In this document: positions 1 through 9,207 of the stretch, one piece after another
Position numbering within the stretch: position 1 is the stretch's first letter
Layout: each line of letters opens with the position of its first letter
Assembly (NCBI GenBank): GCA_964452565.1
Contig: CAYVLY010000001.1
Span: forward strand, 451,053-515,052
DNA: 64,000 nt
Source: an uncultured Gammaproteobacteria bacterium
GTDB lineage: Bacteria > Patescibacteriota > Patescibacteriia > UBA9934
Direction: 5' to 3'
Notes under the pieces: model-generated
Seen by the model: only the letters and a program-made list of their open reading frames with translations
What the model was told of the DNA's origin: nothing
Database searches by the model: none
Made by a program: the position numbers and the translations under genes

Positions 1-1162
1 TGCCTGTGATTCCTTGTACTACTACTGGGAGGATGGCAATGATTGCTAGGAATGATGCTCCACCAAACAGAATTCGATTTCGTAGCCATCCCAGGTAATC
101 CTCTGTTGGTGCTCCTGGTCGAACTCCTGGAATGAATCCCCCCTGCTTCTGCAAGTTCTCTGCAACCTGATCTGGTCGGAATACTACTGTTGCATAGAAA
201 TATGTAAATCCAAACACCAGCAAGAAGTATACGACTCCATAGAACCAGCTATTTGCAAATGCTTCGATCACAAAGTTTGCAACAGTTTGTACCACTTCTG
301 TCTTTGCCTCAACAAAGAACTGAGCAATAAGCGCTGGGAATACAATGATTGATACTGCAAAGATGATCGGAATCATTCCTCCCAAGTTCACCCGCATTGG
401 CAAGTGAGACTGCACTTTTCGTGATGCTGTTCCTCGAACTCCACGAGCATACTGGATTGGGATATTTCGCTGTCCTTCATTCACTATCACAACTGCCAGG
501 ATTGTTACTACTGTAATAACTAGGAACAAGATAAGGTTAAACAGATCTGCTTGTGTATATGTTGCTGCAACTTGCTGCAAGAATCCAGGGAATCCAGCAA
601 CGATTCCAGCTAAAATCAAGATTGATATACCGTTTCCAACGTTTTTCTCTGTCATTAACTCTCCCAACCACATCAAGAAGATAGTTCCGGCTGTCATTGC
701 TACAAGAGCTGACACAAGTGCAAATCCCTCGATGGCAAATCCGGTTCCAAGTTGCCCACCTTGCTGTCCAATGAGCTGCATAAGAGCAAAACTTTGCACT
801 AGTGCTAATGGAGCTGTTGCCCAGCGTGTCCATCGATTAATCTTCTCTCTTCCCTGCTGGTCTTTCTGCATCTCTTCCATTTGCGGGAAAATCATTCCGA
901 GAAGCTGGAAGATAATTGATGATGTAATGTATGGAGCAATTCCAAGGGCAACGACCGAGAAGTTCTCAAGCGTTCCACCAGAGAACATATTCAAAAGCCC
1001 TAGGAACTGGTTGGAGTTGAGGAAGGCGTCTAGCCCTGCAGCATCAATTCCAGGAACGGTAATATGAGCAGCAACTCGGAAGATGCTAACACAGAGAACT
1101 AAAAACAGCAGGCTGTTACGAAGCTGTTTTATTTTCCAAATTCGACGAACGGTCTCCCACAT
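1..1162 (-). CDS. secY: preprotein translocase subunit SecY; partial, the gene's 3' end runs off the window start and the N-terminus starts at 1160-1162
   Basis: Reverse translation from the ATG at 1160-1162 reads MWETVRRIWKIKQLRNSLLFLVLCVSIFRVAAHITVPGIDAAGLDAFL...GIAPYITSSIIFQLLGMIFPQMEEM, a canonical SecY N-terminus. It sits where expected at the end of the spc operon after rplO. The ORF track misses it because there is no in-window stop codon. Confidence 0.9.
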   Translation of the reverse strand, partial: MWETVRRIWKIKQLRNSLLFLVLCVSIFRVAAHITVPGIDAAGLDAFLNSNQFLGLLNMFSGGTLENFSVVALGIAPYITSSIIFQLLGMIFPQMEEMQKDQQGREKINRWTRWATAPLALVQSFALMQLIGQQGGQLGTGFAIEGFALVSALVAMTAGTIFLMWLGELMTEKNVGNGISILILAGIVAGFPGFLQQVAATYTQADLFNLILFLVITVVTILAVVIVNEGQRNIPIQYARGVRGTASRKVQSHLPMRVNLGGMIPIIFAVSIIVFPALIAQFFVEAKTEVVQTVANFVIEAFANSWFYGVVYFLLVFGFTYFYATVVFRPDQVAENLQKQGGFIPGVRPGAPTEDYLGWLRNRILFGGASFLAIIAILPVVVQGITG

Positions 1163-1171
1163 AGAATATTG

Positions 1172-1615
1172 TTATGCCTCTATTTTACCACCAACTGCCA
1201 TTATTTTCTCTGCAGCAGTCTTTGAGACTGCACATTTCTTGATTGTGACAGCTTTTGTAATCTCACCGTTTGCAAGGATCTTTACGTCCTTTGTGGCACT
1301 TCTAATAAGTCCCTTGCTGTGTAATGTCTTTGGTGTTACTACTTCTTTTGCAATATACTTCGCCTCCAAATCGCTTAACCGAACAATCTGTGCATCAGGA
1401 TTTGGTGACTTAAAACCACGCAACTTTGGAGTTGATAGGATTAGTCGGCGCATTCCACGTCGTTTGTGTCCAGAACTTCCTGATCGAGACTTTTGTCCCT
1501 TCATTCCACGTCCAACAGTATGTCCACCTTTGGTAGATCCATATCCGCGACCAACGCGTCGTCTTGATTTTTGTGTACCCTTGTTTGCTTTAAGGGTGTG
1601 CATTGAAAGTGTCAT
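1172..1615 (-). CDS. rplO: 50S ribosomal protein L15
   Basis: 147 aa with a basic G/R-rich N-terminus (KGTQKSRRRVGRGYGSTKGGHTVGRGMKGQKSR) typical of L15, sitting between rpsE and secY. Confidence 0.9.
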   Translation of the reverse strand: MTLSMHTLKANKGTQKSRRRVGRGYGSTKGGHTVGRGMKGQKSRSGSSGHKRRGMRRLILSTPKLRGFKSPNPDAQIVRLSDLEAKYIAKEVVTPKTLHSKGLIRSATKDVKILANGEITKAVTIKKCAVSKTAAEKIMAVGGKIEA

Positions 1616-1620
1616 ACTAT

Positions 1621-2385
1621 TTATTTATCAGCCTTTTTGGGTCCCTCGGCTCCTCGCGCAAGCGCTCGGTCGCTCGGGATGACGGCTTCTGGAATACTAT
1701 TATCCGCAACCGTCACTTTCTTGGATACCTTCTTGGCTTCAGGCTTTTTCTTTGCAGGCCCCTTCACTTCAGGCTTCTGTGTCTTCTGATCTGTTTTCTG
1801 CTTTCTGCTTTCTGCCTTCTTCTGCTCCTTCTTCTCTTCTTCAACGGCCTTTAGCTGCCCAAGCGCAGCAAATGCTGCCTTGGCGTTATTGATTTTATTG
1901 TTTGTTCCAAGAATCTTTGAAACTGCGTTTGGAACTCCAGCCAAAGAAAGAACCATGCGAACAGCACCACCAGACTTAAGTCCAGTTCCCTTTGGAGCAG
2001 GCTTAATGATCACTTTTGCTGCACCAAATTTTGCTTTAACTTCGTATGGGATGGTCTCCTTTGACATTGGAACAGTAATGACGTTCTTCTTTGCCTGTCG
2101 ATATGCCTTTTCAATCGAAATCTGAACGTCAGCTCCCTTTGCAACTCCAACTCCTACGCGACCTTTTCGGTCACCAATTAGAAGACACGTTCGGAAACGC
2201 ATTCGCTTTCCACCCTTTGTCACACGTGTAACGCGTGAGAGCTCTAGAATCTTCTGCTCAAACTCACGTTGCTCACGCTTTTGAAAACGCTTACGACGTC
2301 GTGGCTTTCGAGCACCATGCTTTGCTCCTGGTTTCTTTGTATTCTGTTGATTCATCATAGGATTAGAATTCAAGTCCATTCTCAC
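1621..2385 (-). CDS. rpsE: 30S ribosomal protein S5 with a roughly 85-aa Lys/Glu-rich C-terminal extension; the start may be the internal Met near 2358
   Basis: The core TKGGKRMRFRTCLLIGDRKGRVGVGVAKGADVQISIEKA...GTGLKSGGAVRMVLSLAGVP matches the S5 dsRBD and S5 C-terminal domains. The tail AVEEEKKEQKKAESRKQKTDQKT... is low complexity. rplO follows directly with no rpmD between them. Confidence 0.9.
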   Translation of the reverse strand: MRMDLNSNPMMNQQNTKKPGAKHGARKPRRRKRFQKREQREFEQKILELSRVTRVTKGGKRMRFRTCLLIGDRKGRVGVGVAKGADVQISIEKAYRQAKKNVITVPMSKETIPYEVKAKFGAAKVIIKPAPKGTGLKSGGAVRMVLSLAGVPNAVSKILGTNNKINNAKAAFAALGQLKAVEEEKKEQKKAESRKQKTDQKTQKPEVKGPAKKKPEAKKVSKKVTVADNSIPEAVIPSDRALARGAEGPKKADK

Positions 2386-2722
2386 GTGCTGCGTCAGCCA
2401 ATGACTTTACGCGGCCGTGGTACAAATAAGAACCTCGGTCAAAAACAACCTTTGTTACTCCTGCAGCTGTTGCCTTCTTTGCAACTTCAGCTCCAACAAG
2501 TGCTGCAATCTCAACTGGCTTTTTACCTTTAGCGTCAACATGTGAATCAGCAACAACTGCCAAAACCTTCCCAGTTTCATCGTTAATCACCTGTGCTGAG
2601 ATGTGCTTAAGAGATCGGAACACTGTTAATCGTGGTCGTTCTTGAGTACCTCGAATACGACTACGAGTTCGGTGTGCTCGTCGCAATTTCTTTTCTTGCT
2701 TTTTCTTAATTGGATCCTTCAT
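2363..2722 (-). CDS. rplR: 50S ribosomal protein L18
   Basis: 119 aa: RRAHRTRSRIRGTQERPRLTVFRSLKHISAQVINDETGKVLA...GRVKSLADAARENGLEF, the L18 family pattern. Confidence 0.9.
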   Translation of the reverse strand: MKDPIKKKQEKKLRRAHRTRSRIRGTQERPRLTVFRSLKHISAQVINDETGKVLAVVADSHVDAKGKKPVEIAALVGAEVAKKATAAGVTKVVFDRGSYLYHGRVKSLADAARENGLEF

Positions 2723-2725
2723 ATG

Positions 2726-3277
2726 CTATTCAGTCTTAGCCGCCTTACCAGCCTTTCGTCGAACAACTTCATCAGTGTATCGAAATCCTTTGCCCTTGTA
2801 AGGCTCTGGCTTTTTAAATGCTCGAATCTCGGCAGTTACTTGACCAACAAGCTGCTTATCGATTCCTGAAATGGTCAAAAGATTTCCATCAATTGTGGCT
2901 TCAATTCCTTCTGGCAAATCATATTCAATCTGATGAGAGAATCCAAGTCGCATCACAAGCTTCTTCCCTTTAACATCCATTCTGAAACCAACTCCATGCA
3001 ATTCTAGAGCTCGAGTCCAGCCCTGTGAAACTCCAAGGATCATGTTTGCGATGTTTGCTCGTGTAGTTCCCCAGATCGCGCTGTCTTGCTCCTTGTCGAC
3101 TGGAGTTGATATCACCTGATTCTCTGCGACCTCGATCTTTACTCGATTCGAGATCTGAGTCTTGAGCTCACCCTTTGGACCTTTTGCAGTTACCTCAAGA
3201 CCCTTAACATCTAGAGTAACGCCATCTGGAAGCTCAATAACCTTTTTTCCGATTCGTGACATATTAGAAGATTTCAC
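2726..3277 (-). CDS. rplF: 50S ribosomal protein L6; an alternative start is MSRIGKK at about 3262
   Basis: MSRIGKKVIELPDGVTLDVKGLEVTAKGPKGEL... with two L6 alpha-beta domains and the expected spc operon position. Confidence 0.9.
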   Translation of the reverse strand: MKSSNMSRIGKKVIELPDGVTLDVKGLEVTAKGPKGELKTQISNRVKIEVAENQVISTPVDKEQDSAIWGTTRANIANMILGVSQGWTRALELHGVGFRMDVKGKKLVMRLGFSHQIEYDLPEGIEATIDGNLLTISGIDKQLVGQVTAEIRAFKKPEPYKGKGFRYTDEVVRRKAGKAAKTE

Positions 3278-3656
3278 AAATTACTTCTCCACCAAGACGT
3301 CGCTTTCGCGCCTCATTGTTTGTCATTAACCCATTTGGTGTTGAAATGATAGCAATACCATGACCTGAGCGTACATATGGTAGCTCTTCTGTCTTTACAT
3401 ACACGCGTCGTCCTGGCTTACTAATACGCTTGATAGACTCAATATTTGATACTCCATCGTCGTACTTTAACTTAAGACGCAACACGGGGTGTTTAAGACC
3501 GTCTGTTCTTTCAACTCCCACAAGGTATCCTGCATTTTCCAATACCTTTGCAAGAGCGAATTTTACTTTTGACATTGGGACATCAACCGTTTGCTTTCGA
3601 ACCATTGAAGCATTACGGATACGTGTCAACATGTCTGAGATTGGATCTGTCATCAT
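3264..3656 (-). CDS. rpsH: 30S ribosomal protein S8; start taken at the MMTDPISD Met, not the upstream ORF start at 3692
   Basis: MTDPISDMLTRIRNASMVRKQTVDVPMSKVKFALAKVLENAGYL... is the S8 signature. The chosen start avoids overlap with the S14 stop at 3658. Confidence 0.9.
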   Translation of the reverse strand: MMTDPISDMLTRIRNASMVRKQTVDVPMSKVKFALAKVLENAGYLVGVERTDGLKHPVLRLKLKYDDGVSNIESIKRISKPGRRVYVKTEELPYVRSGHGIAIISTPNGLMTNNEARKRRLGGEVICEIF

Positions 3657-3657
3657 A

Positions 3658-3843
3658 TTACCAACTTGCTTTCTTAATTCCGGGAATCTCACCCTTGTTT
3701 GCTAGCTCTCTAAAACAAATACGACATAGGCCAAATGCGCGCATATATGCTCGGTTACGTCCGCAGCGCCAACATCGGTTCACGTGTCGAGACATGAACT
3801 TAGGTCGTTTTTGTGACTTTACAATTTGATTTCTTGTAGCCAT
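3658..3843 (-). CDS. rpsZ: 30S ribosomal protein S14, type Z (zinc-binding, 61 aa)
   Basis: 61 aa carrying a CxxC...CxxC pattern ([26 protein letters not shown]), typical of the short Zn-ribbon form of S14. Confidence 0.9.
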   Translation of the reverse strand: MATRNQIVKSQKRPKFMSRHVNRCWRCGRNRAYMRAFGLCRICFRELANKGEIPGIKKASW

Positions 3844-3846
3844 AGA

Positions 3847-4392
3847 CTATTTCGTATTTGTCTTAAATGGGAATCCAAGAGCCTTGAATAGAGCCAATCC
3901 TTCTTCTTGGGTTTCTGCTGATGTGGTTATGTTCACCTGAAGCCCATGCAATTGATCAACCTCATTGGCATTAATCTCAGGAAATGCTGTGTGCTCTTTA
4001 AATCCGTAGTTGAAGTTTCCTGTTGCATCCACTGCTGATTCTGGAATCCCTCTGAAATCTCGGATTCGTGGGAACGTAACGTTAACAAGCTTCTCAACGA
4101 AATCCCACATCCGATTTCCACGCAATGTAACCATTGCTCCAATTGGCATTCCTTCACGGATCTTAAATCCAGCCTCTGACAAACGTGCTTTTGTTTGTAC
4201 AGGCTTTTGACCTGAGACTCGCTCAAGGGTCTCAAGTAACACTTCCATAAACTTTGAATCACGCTTAGTGCTAAGTCCAGTGTTCAATGTTACTTTTTTA
4301 ATCCGCGGTACCTGTAGCGCATGCTTACGCTCCAACTGCTCTTTTAGAGCTGGTACAACAGCTGTCTTGTATGTTTCTTTAAGGCTGCTCAT
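3847..4392 (-). CDS. rplE: 50S ribosomal protein L5
   Basis: 181 aa: LKETYKTAVVPALKEQLERKHALQVPRIKKVTLNTGL...FPEINANEVDQLHGLQVNITTSA, the L5 pattern. Confidence 0.92.
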   Translation of the reverse strand: MSSLKETYKTAVVPALKEQLERKHALQVPRIKKVTLNTGLSTKRDSKFMEVLLETLERVSGQKPVQTKARLSEAGFKIREGMPIGAMVTLRGNRMWDFVEKLVNVTFPRIRDFRGIPESAVDATGNFNYGFKEHTAFPEINANEVDQLHGLQVNITTSAETQEEGLALFKALGFPFKTNTK

Positions 4393-4393
4393 A

Positions 4394-4717
4394 TTAATCT
4401 AAATCTTGTGTTCCCTTCTTTGTCTTGAGAACTCGTACTTTAACCTTTTTTCCGTTCTTATCAATAAACTTATATCCAACACGTCCTTCTGCATCTTTTC
4501 CTTGAATCTTAACATTTGATGCATGAATAGGAGCTGTGTATTCAACACGCTGACCTGGGGTATTACCACGCTTCTTAAGATGCTTTACAGATTTGTTTAT
4601 TCCCTCAACAACAACCTTGTCGAGCTTAGGAAAAACCTGCAACACCTTTCCGGTCTTACCCTTATCTTTGCCTGCGGTTACCCGCACCATGTCTCCAGTC
4701 TTAATCTTCATAAGCAT
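4394..4717 (-). CDS. rplX: 50S ribosomal protein L24
   Basis: MKIKTGDMVRVTAGKDKGKTGKVLQVFPKLDKVVVEGIN, a KOW motif as in L24. Confidence 0.9.
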   Translation of the reverse strand: MLMKIKTGDMVRVTAGKDKGKTGKVLQVFPKLDKVVVEGINKSVKHLKKRGNTPGQRVEYTAPIHASNVKIQGKDAEGRVGYKFIDKNGKKVKVRVLKTKKGTQDLD

Positions 4718-5088
4718 TACAATACCTCAGGAGCTAGAGAGATAATCTTCGGATATCCAAGTCCTCGCAATTCGCGTGGAACTGGTCCAAAGATACGTGT
4801 TCCCTTTGGCTCTTTTGTTTCTTTGTCTATGATAACTCCAGCGTTTTCATCAAATCGCACATAAGATCCATCTGCTCGTCGCATTTCCTTCTTAGTTCTT
4901 ACAATTACAACATGTACAATGTCACTTTTCTTAACATTGCTATGTGGAACAGCTTCTTTGACTACTGCTGTAACTACGTCACCAATACGTGCGTATCGCT
5001 TTTTGTATCCCCCAAGCACACGAATCACCATAAGCTTTTTAGCTCCAGTGTTATCAGCTACGTTAAATTTTGATAAATGCTGCAACAT
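4717..5088 (-). CDS. rplN: 50S ribosomal protein L14
   Basis: [27 protein letters not shown]...[11 protein letters not shown] matches L14. Confidence 0.92.
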   Translation of the reverse strand: MLQHLSKFNVADNTGAKKLMVIRVLGGYKKRYARIGDVVTAVVKEAVPHSNVKKSDIVHVVIVRTKKEMRRADGSYVRFDENAGVIIDKETKEPKGTRIFGPVPRELRGLGYPKIISLAPEVL

Positions 5089-5090
5089 AT

Positions 5091-5339
5091 CTACTTAATA
5101 TCAATAATTCTCCATGACTTATCCTTTGAAAGCGGTCTACACTCTTCGATGACAACCCTATCTCCCACCTTTGCTTTATTTTCCTCATCATGTGCCTTGT
5201 ATCGCTTGCTCTTGGTAAATCGTTTTAGGTACTTTGAGTGTAAAACAGTTCGGTCAATCTCAACAACAGCTGTCTTTTCCATTTTATCTGAGACAACTAC
5301 ACCTATTAATCGACGACGTTTTGATTGTTCCTTTTTCAT
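5091..5339 (-). CDS. rpsQ: 30S ribosomal protein S17
   Basis: 82 aa: [44 protein letters not shown], an S17 OB fold. Confidence 0.9.
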   Translation of the reverse strand: MKKEQSKRRRLIGVVVSDKMEKTAVVEIDRTVLHSKYLKRFTKSKRYKAHDEENKAKVGDRVVIEECRPLSKDKSWRIIDIK

Positions 5340-5347
5340 AATGAGAT

Positions 5348-5536
5348 TTATTTAGTCACTTCTTGCAAGCGAGTTAGAATGCGTGCAATATTTGCTCGAA
5401 CTTCACGAACCTCGCGAACATCCTTGAGTTGGTTTACAGAAATCTTTGTTCGCAATTCATAAAGACTTGCACGCTCTTCTGCCAAAAGCTTTTGCAGTTC
5501 TTTTTCTGTCTTTTTTTCTAGATCCTTGAATTCCAT
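5348..5536 (-). CDS. rpmC: 50S ribosomal protein L29
   Basis: 62 aa helical protein (ELQKLLAEERASLYELRTKISVNQLKDVREVREVRANIARILT) between rplP and rpsQ. Confidence 0.85.
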   Translation of the reverse strand: MEFKDLEKKTEKELQKLLAEERASLYELRTKISVNQLKDVREVREVRANIARILTRLQEVTK

Positions 5537-5537
5537 A

Positions 5538-5951
5538 CTATTTTCGCGTTACAACTTTGGTTTTCATTGGAAGCTTGTGTGCTGCAAGACGCAATGCCTC
5601 ACGTGCAATATCTTCTTCAACACCATCCATTTCAAACATGACTGTTCCAGCTCGCACAGGTGTCATGTAGTAATCTACTCCCCCCTTTCCTTTTCCCATC
5701 GGAGCTTCAGATCCATGAGATGTTATTGGGTGGTCAGGAAAAATTCTAATCCAGATCTTACCACCACGTTTGACGTAACGAGTCATCGCACGACGCGCAG
5801 CCTCAATCTGACGAGATGTCACCCATGACTCTGTCATTGCCTTCAAGCCATACGCACCAAACGCAACATTAGTCTTTTGCGTTGCAACACGATCACCTTT
5901 TGTGCGTCGCTTGTGCCACTTTCGAAATTTCATCTTTTTTGGAACCAACAT
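5538..5951 (-). CDS. rplP: 50S ribosomal protein L16
   Basis: MLVPKKMKFRKWHKRRTKG...GAYGLKAM...RQIEAARRAMTRYVKRGGKIWIRIFPDHPIT matches L16. Confidence 0.92.
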   Translation of the reverse strand: MLVPKKMKFRKWHKRRTKGDRVATQKTNVAFGAYGLKAMTESWVTSRQIEAARRAMTRYVKRGGKIWIRIFPDHPITSHGSEAPMGKGKGGVDYYMTPVRAGTVMFEMDGVEEDIAREALRLAAHKLPMKTKVVTRK

Positions 5952-5963
5952 ATACTTCTATAA

Positions 5964-6653
5964 TTACGCCCGCTTGTTATAACGTGCTGGCCTTGGACCT
6001 TTATCTTCCTCACCCTCAAATACTTCTCCTTTATAAATCCAAACCTTTACACCAATAGCACCATAAATAGTATCTGCCTGAACATGAGAATAGCTAACAT
6101 CAGCACGCAGGTTATGTAGAGGAATACTTCCCTGATGAACTCGCTCCTTTCGGGCGATATCTGCACCATTAAGTCGTCCGCCAACCTGAATCTTCACTCC
6201 CTTTGCTCCTGCCTTCATAACACGCTCCATTGCCATCTTCATTGAACGACGGAACGGGAGGCGTTTTTCAATATCCTGAGCTACCTGTGTTGCTACAACG
6301 TTTGCTGAAAGCGATGGCTGAGAGATTTCTTGAACATTAATCACTAGGTTTACCTTTTTTCCTCGGTAAAACTTCTTCATCATCTTTGATCGTAGATCCT
6401 CAATCCCTGCACCTGAGCGTCCAATTACAACTCCAGGCTTTGCAGCATGTATAGTTGTAGTAATCTTGTTCGCATTGCGATCAATCTCCAGCAGGTCAAT
6501 GCCCGCGTCCTTAAGTTCCTTTCTTAGGAAATCACGAATACGCACATCGTCACTAAGTTGAGCGATGTAATTTTTCTTATTTCCAAACCACTTTGAATCC
6601 CATTTATAAATGGTTGAGAGGCGGAATACTTTTGGATGAATCTTTCGTCCCAT
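5964..6653 (-). CDS. rpsC: 30S ribosomal protein S3; start taken at MGRKIHPK
   Basis: MGRKIHPKVFRLSTIYKWDSKWF... carries a KH domain and an S3 C-terminal domain. The ORF's upstream extension would overlap rplV, so the internal Met is chosen. Confidence 0.92.
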   Translation of the reverse strand: MGRKIHPKVFRLSTIYKWDSKWFGNKKNYIAQLSDDVRIRDFLRKELKDAGIDLLEIDRNANKITTTIHAAKPGVVIGRSGAGIEDLRSKMMKKFYRGKKVNLVINVQEISQPSLSANVVATQVAQDIEKRLPFRRSMKMAMERVMKAGAKGVKIQVGGRLNGADIARKERVHQGSIPLHNLRADVSYSHVQADTIYGAIGVKVWIYKGEVFEGEEDKGPRPARYNKRA

Positions 6654-6657
6654 ATAT

Positions 6658-7020
6658 TTACTTGTCTTTTTTTGTAGCTTTTTGCTCCTTAGCTGGACCA
6701 ATCTTTACAGTTATATGCGATGTTCGCTTTCGAATCATAGCTGATCGTCCATGTGCACGAGGCCGGAATCGCTTAATTGTTGGTCCCTCGTCAACCTTAA
6801 TGCTTGCAACCTTATATCCACTAACATCAATAGAGCTGTTATTCTCTGCGTTTGCAATGGCTGAATTTAGGACCTTAAGCACTGGCTTTGCTGCCAACTT
6901 CGGACTAAACTGCAGCTGCTTTTGTGCTTCAACAATTCCAAGACCACGTACTAAATCTACAACGAGTCGTACCTTTCGTGGTGACATGTGAATATATTTT
7001 GCTGTTGCTTGAACTTGCAT
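6658..7020 (-). CDS. rplV: 50S ribosomal protein L22
   Basis: MQVQATAKYIHMSPRKVRLVVDLVRG...AQKQLQFSPKLAAKPVLKVLNSAIANAENN matches L22. Confidence 0.9.
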   Translation of the reverse strand: MQVQATAKYIHMSPRKVRLVVDLVRGLGIVEAQKQLQFSPKLAAKPVLKVLNSAIANAENNSSIDVSGYKVASIKVDEGPTIKRFRPRAHGRSAMIRKRTSHITVKIGPAKEQKATKKDK

Positions 7021-7029
7021 ATATTAAAC

Positions 7030-7305
7030 TTATTTCCTTGGAGCCTCAGCTGTCTTTCCACCATGACGGGTGAACTTTCGAGTTGGTGCAAACTCACCCA
7101 ACTTGTGTCCCACCATGTTTTCAACAATGCTTATCTCAATAAATCGCTTTCCATCATGGATCGCAATCACTAATCCAACCATTTCTGGTGTGATTGTTGA
7201 AGAACGCGACCAAGTCTTTATTGGCTTTTTACTTCCTTGACTTGTCTGAACCTTCTTCAATAGAGATGGGTCAACAAATGGACCTTTTTTTAGACTTCTT
7301 GCCAT
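7030..7305 (-). CDS. rpsS: 30S ribosomal protein S19
   Basis: [19 protein letters not shown]...[17 protein letters not shown] matches S19. Confidence 0.92.
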   Translation of the reverse strand: MARSLKKGPFVDPSLLKKVQTSQGSKKPIKTWSRSSTITPEMVGLVIAIHDGKRFIEISIVENMVGHKLGEFAPTRKFTRHGGKTAEAPRK

Positions 7306-7308
7306 ATG

Positions 7309-8145
7309 CTACTTTTTCTTGCCCTTTCGTCGTGAAAGGATGAGTTTATCTGACGCCTTCTGTCGGCGAGTTTTAACACCAAGAGCATGCTTTCCAGTAG
7401 GTGTCTTTGGATGAGTCAAACCAATTGGAGAACGTCCCTCTCCACCACCATGAGGGTGATCGCACGGGTTCATAGCCTTACCACGAACAGTTGGTCGCAC
7501 GCTGCGGTGTCGTGTTCGTCCAGCCTTTCCCCATCGGATAAGACGCCAATCTGGGTTTGATACGCTTCCAATTGAACCCATACACTCCTTCAAAACCATT
7601 CGAACTTCTCCTGATGGCATTCGTAGTGTTGCATGCTTTCCTTCAACCGCCATAAGTGTTGCTCCTACTCCCGCCCCACGAACAATCTGTCCACCTTTTC
7701 CAGGCTGCAACTCAATATTGTAAATCTCCATTCCAAGTGGGATGTTCTCAAGAGTGAATCGATTTCCAACCTGTGGCTCACCCTTGTTCTTTGAAGTTAC
7801 GATCTCCATTCCTTTCTTCAGTCCCTTTGGAGCCAAAATGTAACGCTTCTCACCATCTGCATATGCAACAAGAGCGATACGAGCTCCACGGTTTGGATCA
7901 TACTCAATAGTTTGCACAACTGCTGGAACCTCAAACTTATCAAACTTCCAATCAATTACACGTGTGTGGCGCTTTGCACCACCTCCACGATGTCGCACAG
8001 TGATCTTTCCCTTTGTTCGACCAGCCATCTGCTTCTTACTCTTAAGTAGCTTCTTGTGTGGCTTCTTACTGGTGACATCATCAAAAGTCTGCACGCTTGA
8101 TTTGCGGCGTCCTGGAGTTGTTGGTTTGTGTACTCGAATTCCCAT
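7309..8145 (-). CDS. rplB: 50S ribosomal protein L2
   Basis: 278 aa with the GRNxxGxITxRHRGGGxKRxYR motif block and a C-terminal SIGxV...GxxRxKPxVRGxAMNPxDHPHGGGEG. Confidence 0.95.
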   Translation of the reverse strand: MGIRVHKPTTPGRRKSSVQTFDDVTSKKPHKKLLKSKKQMAGRTKGKITVRHRGGGAKRHTRVIDWKFDKFEVPAVVQTIEYDPNRGARIALVAYADGEKRYILAPKGLKKGMEIVTSKNKGEPQVGNRFTLENIPLGMEIYNIELQPGKGGQIVRGAGVGATLMAVEGKHATLRMPSGEVRMVLKECMGSIGSVSNPDWRLIRWGKAGRTRHRSVRPTVRGKAMNPCDHPHGGGEGRSPIGLTHPKTPTGKHALGVKTRRQKASDKLILSRRKGKKK

Positions 8146-8147
8146 AC

Positions 8148-8579
8148 TTAGATTCCTTCAAAAATATCAATCCTCTTACCCTCTGGAAGAGTAATGAATG
8201 CTTTCTTCCAATCCTTTCGCTTTCCTAACTTTCGACCAAACGCTACACGCTTTCCTCGCATGTTCATCACATTAACTCTAACCGGTACTACACCGTATAG
8301 TTCATTAAATGCATTCTTTATCTCTACTCGATTCGCGTCTCTAGAAACCTCAAATACCATTACATTATTTTCAGAAAGTTGTGCTGTCTTTTCAGTTACC
8401 AATGGGCGTACTAAAACAGTTAACGCCTTCTTTGAGATTCCGCGCTTTTCTTTCTTCGCTGGAGTCTTCTTTGCTGCAGCCGCTTTCTTTGGAGCTTTCT
8501 TCTGAGCTTTTGGTTTTTCCTGCTTTTTTTCTTCAGGCTTTACCTCTTGCTCTTTCTTTTTCTTCTTTAACAAAGCCAT
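8148..8579 (-). CDS. rplW: 50S ribosomal protein L23 with a Lys-rich N-terminal extension (roughly 45 aa)
   Basis: The C-terminal 95 aa (LVRPLVTEKTAQLSENNVMVFEVSRDANRVEIKNAFNELYGVVPVRVNVMNM) matches L23. The N-terminal KKKKKEQEVKPEEKKQEKPKAQKKAPKK... is low complexity. Confidence 0.85.
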   Translation of the reverse strand: MALLKKKKKEQEVKPEEKKQEKPKAQKKAPKKAAAAKKTPAKKEKRGISKKALTVLVRPLVTEKTAQLSENNVMVFEVSRDANRVEIKNAFNELYGVVPVRVNVMNMRGKRVAFGRKLGKRKDWKKAFITLPEGKRIDIFEGI

Positions 8580-8580
8580 A

Positions 8581-9207
8581 TTATGAATATACTTCAATCA
8601 TTTTCTCAACTGCGCCCTTTGATGCAATTACGTACTGATACTTGAGCAAGTCTCGCACATTTAAACTATGAGCTGCAAGTGAACCTGTTTTTGGCAGATT
8701 TCGCGCTGCTCGAACTACAGCTTTATCTTCACTTCCTGAAACAATAACAGCTGACTTGTCTGCGCCGGGCAATGCCTTTCGCATCTTAGCGACCTTACTT
8801 GTTGCTCCATCTGTATCAAACTGATCAACAACTATTAGTAGTCCGGATGCAACCTTGTCAGACAATACTGCAATCAAAGCTTTTCGCTTTACCTTTTTGT
8901 TTATCTTCATTCCAAAATTTCGCAACTTGGTTGGACCAAAGGTAATACCTCCACCAATCCAAATCGGTGATCGTCGGGATCCATGTCGAGCACGTCCAGT
9001 TCCTTTCTGCTTCCAAGGCTTTCGTCCACCTCCACGCACTTCACTTCGATCCTTTGTATTTGCGTATGTTTCTCGAGTGTTTGCTTCTTGAATACGCAAA
9101 GCCTCAGAAACAATATTTGAATCTACCTGCGCCGCAAATAAGTGGCCAGGCAACTCCATTGTTCCTGTCTTAGATCCATCGATCTTGTATATATCTACTT
9201 TTGCCAT
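8581..9207 (-). CDS. rplD: 50S ribosomal protein L4
   Basis: 208 aa with the basic loop ETYANTKDRSEVRGGGRKPWKQKGTGRARHGSRRSPIWIGGG typical of L4. Confidence 0.9.
   Translation of the reverse strand: MAKVDIYKIDGSKTGTMELPGHLFAAQVDSNIVSEALRIQEANTRETYANTKDRSEVRGGGRKPWKQKGTGRARHGSRRSPIWIGGGITFGPTKLRNFGMKINKKVKRKALIAVLSDKVASGLLIVVDQFDTDGATSKVAKMRKALPGADKSAVIVSGSEDKAVVRAARNLPKTGSLAAHSLNVRDLLKYQYVIASKGAVEKMIEVYS

Noticed and set aside
1083-1854. Plus-strand ORFs antisense to ribosomal protein genes (e.g. 1083..1682, 1603..1854, 3430..3705, 8194..8505)
   Set aside because: They overlap highly conserved minus-strand ribosomal protein genes and have low-complexity translations.
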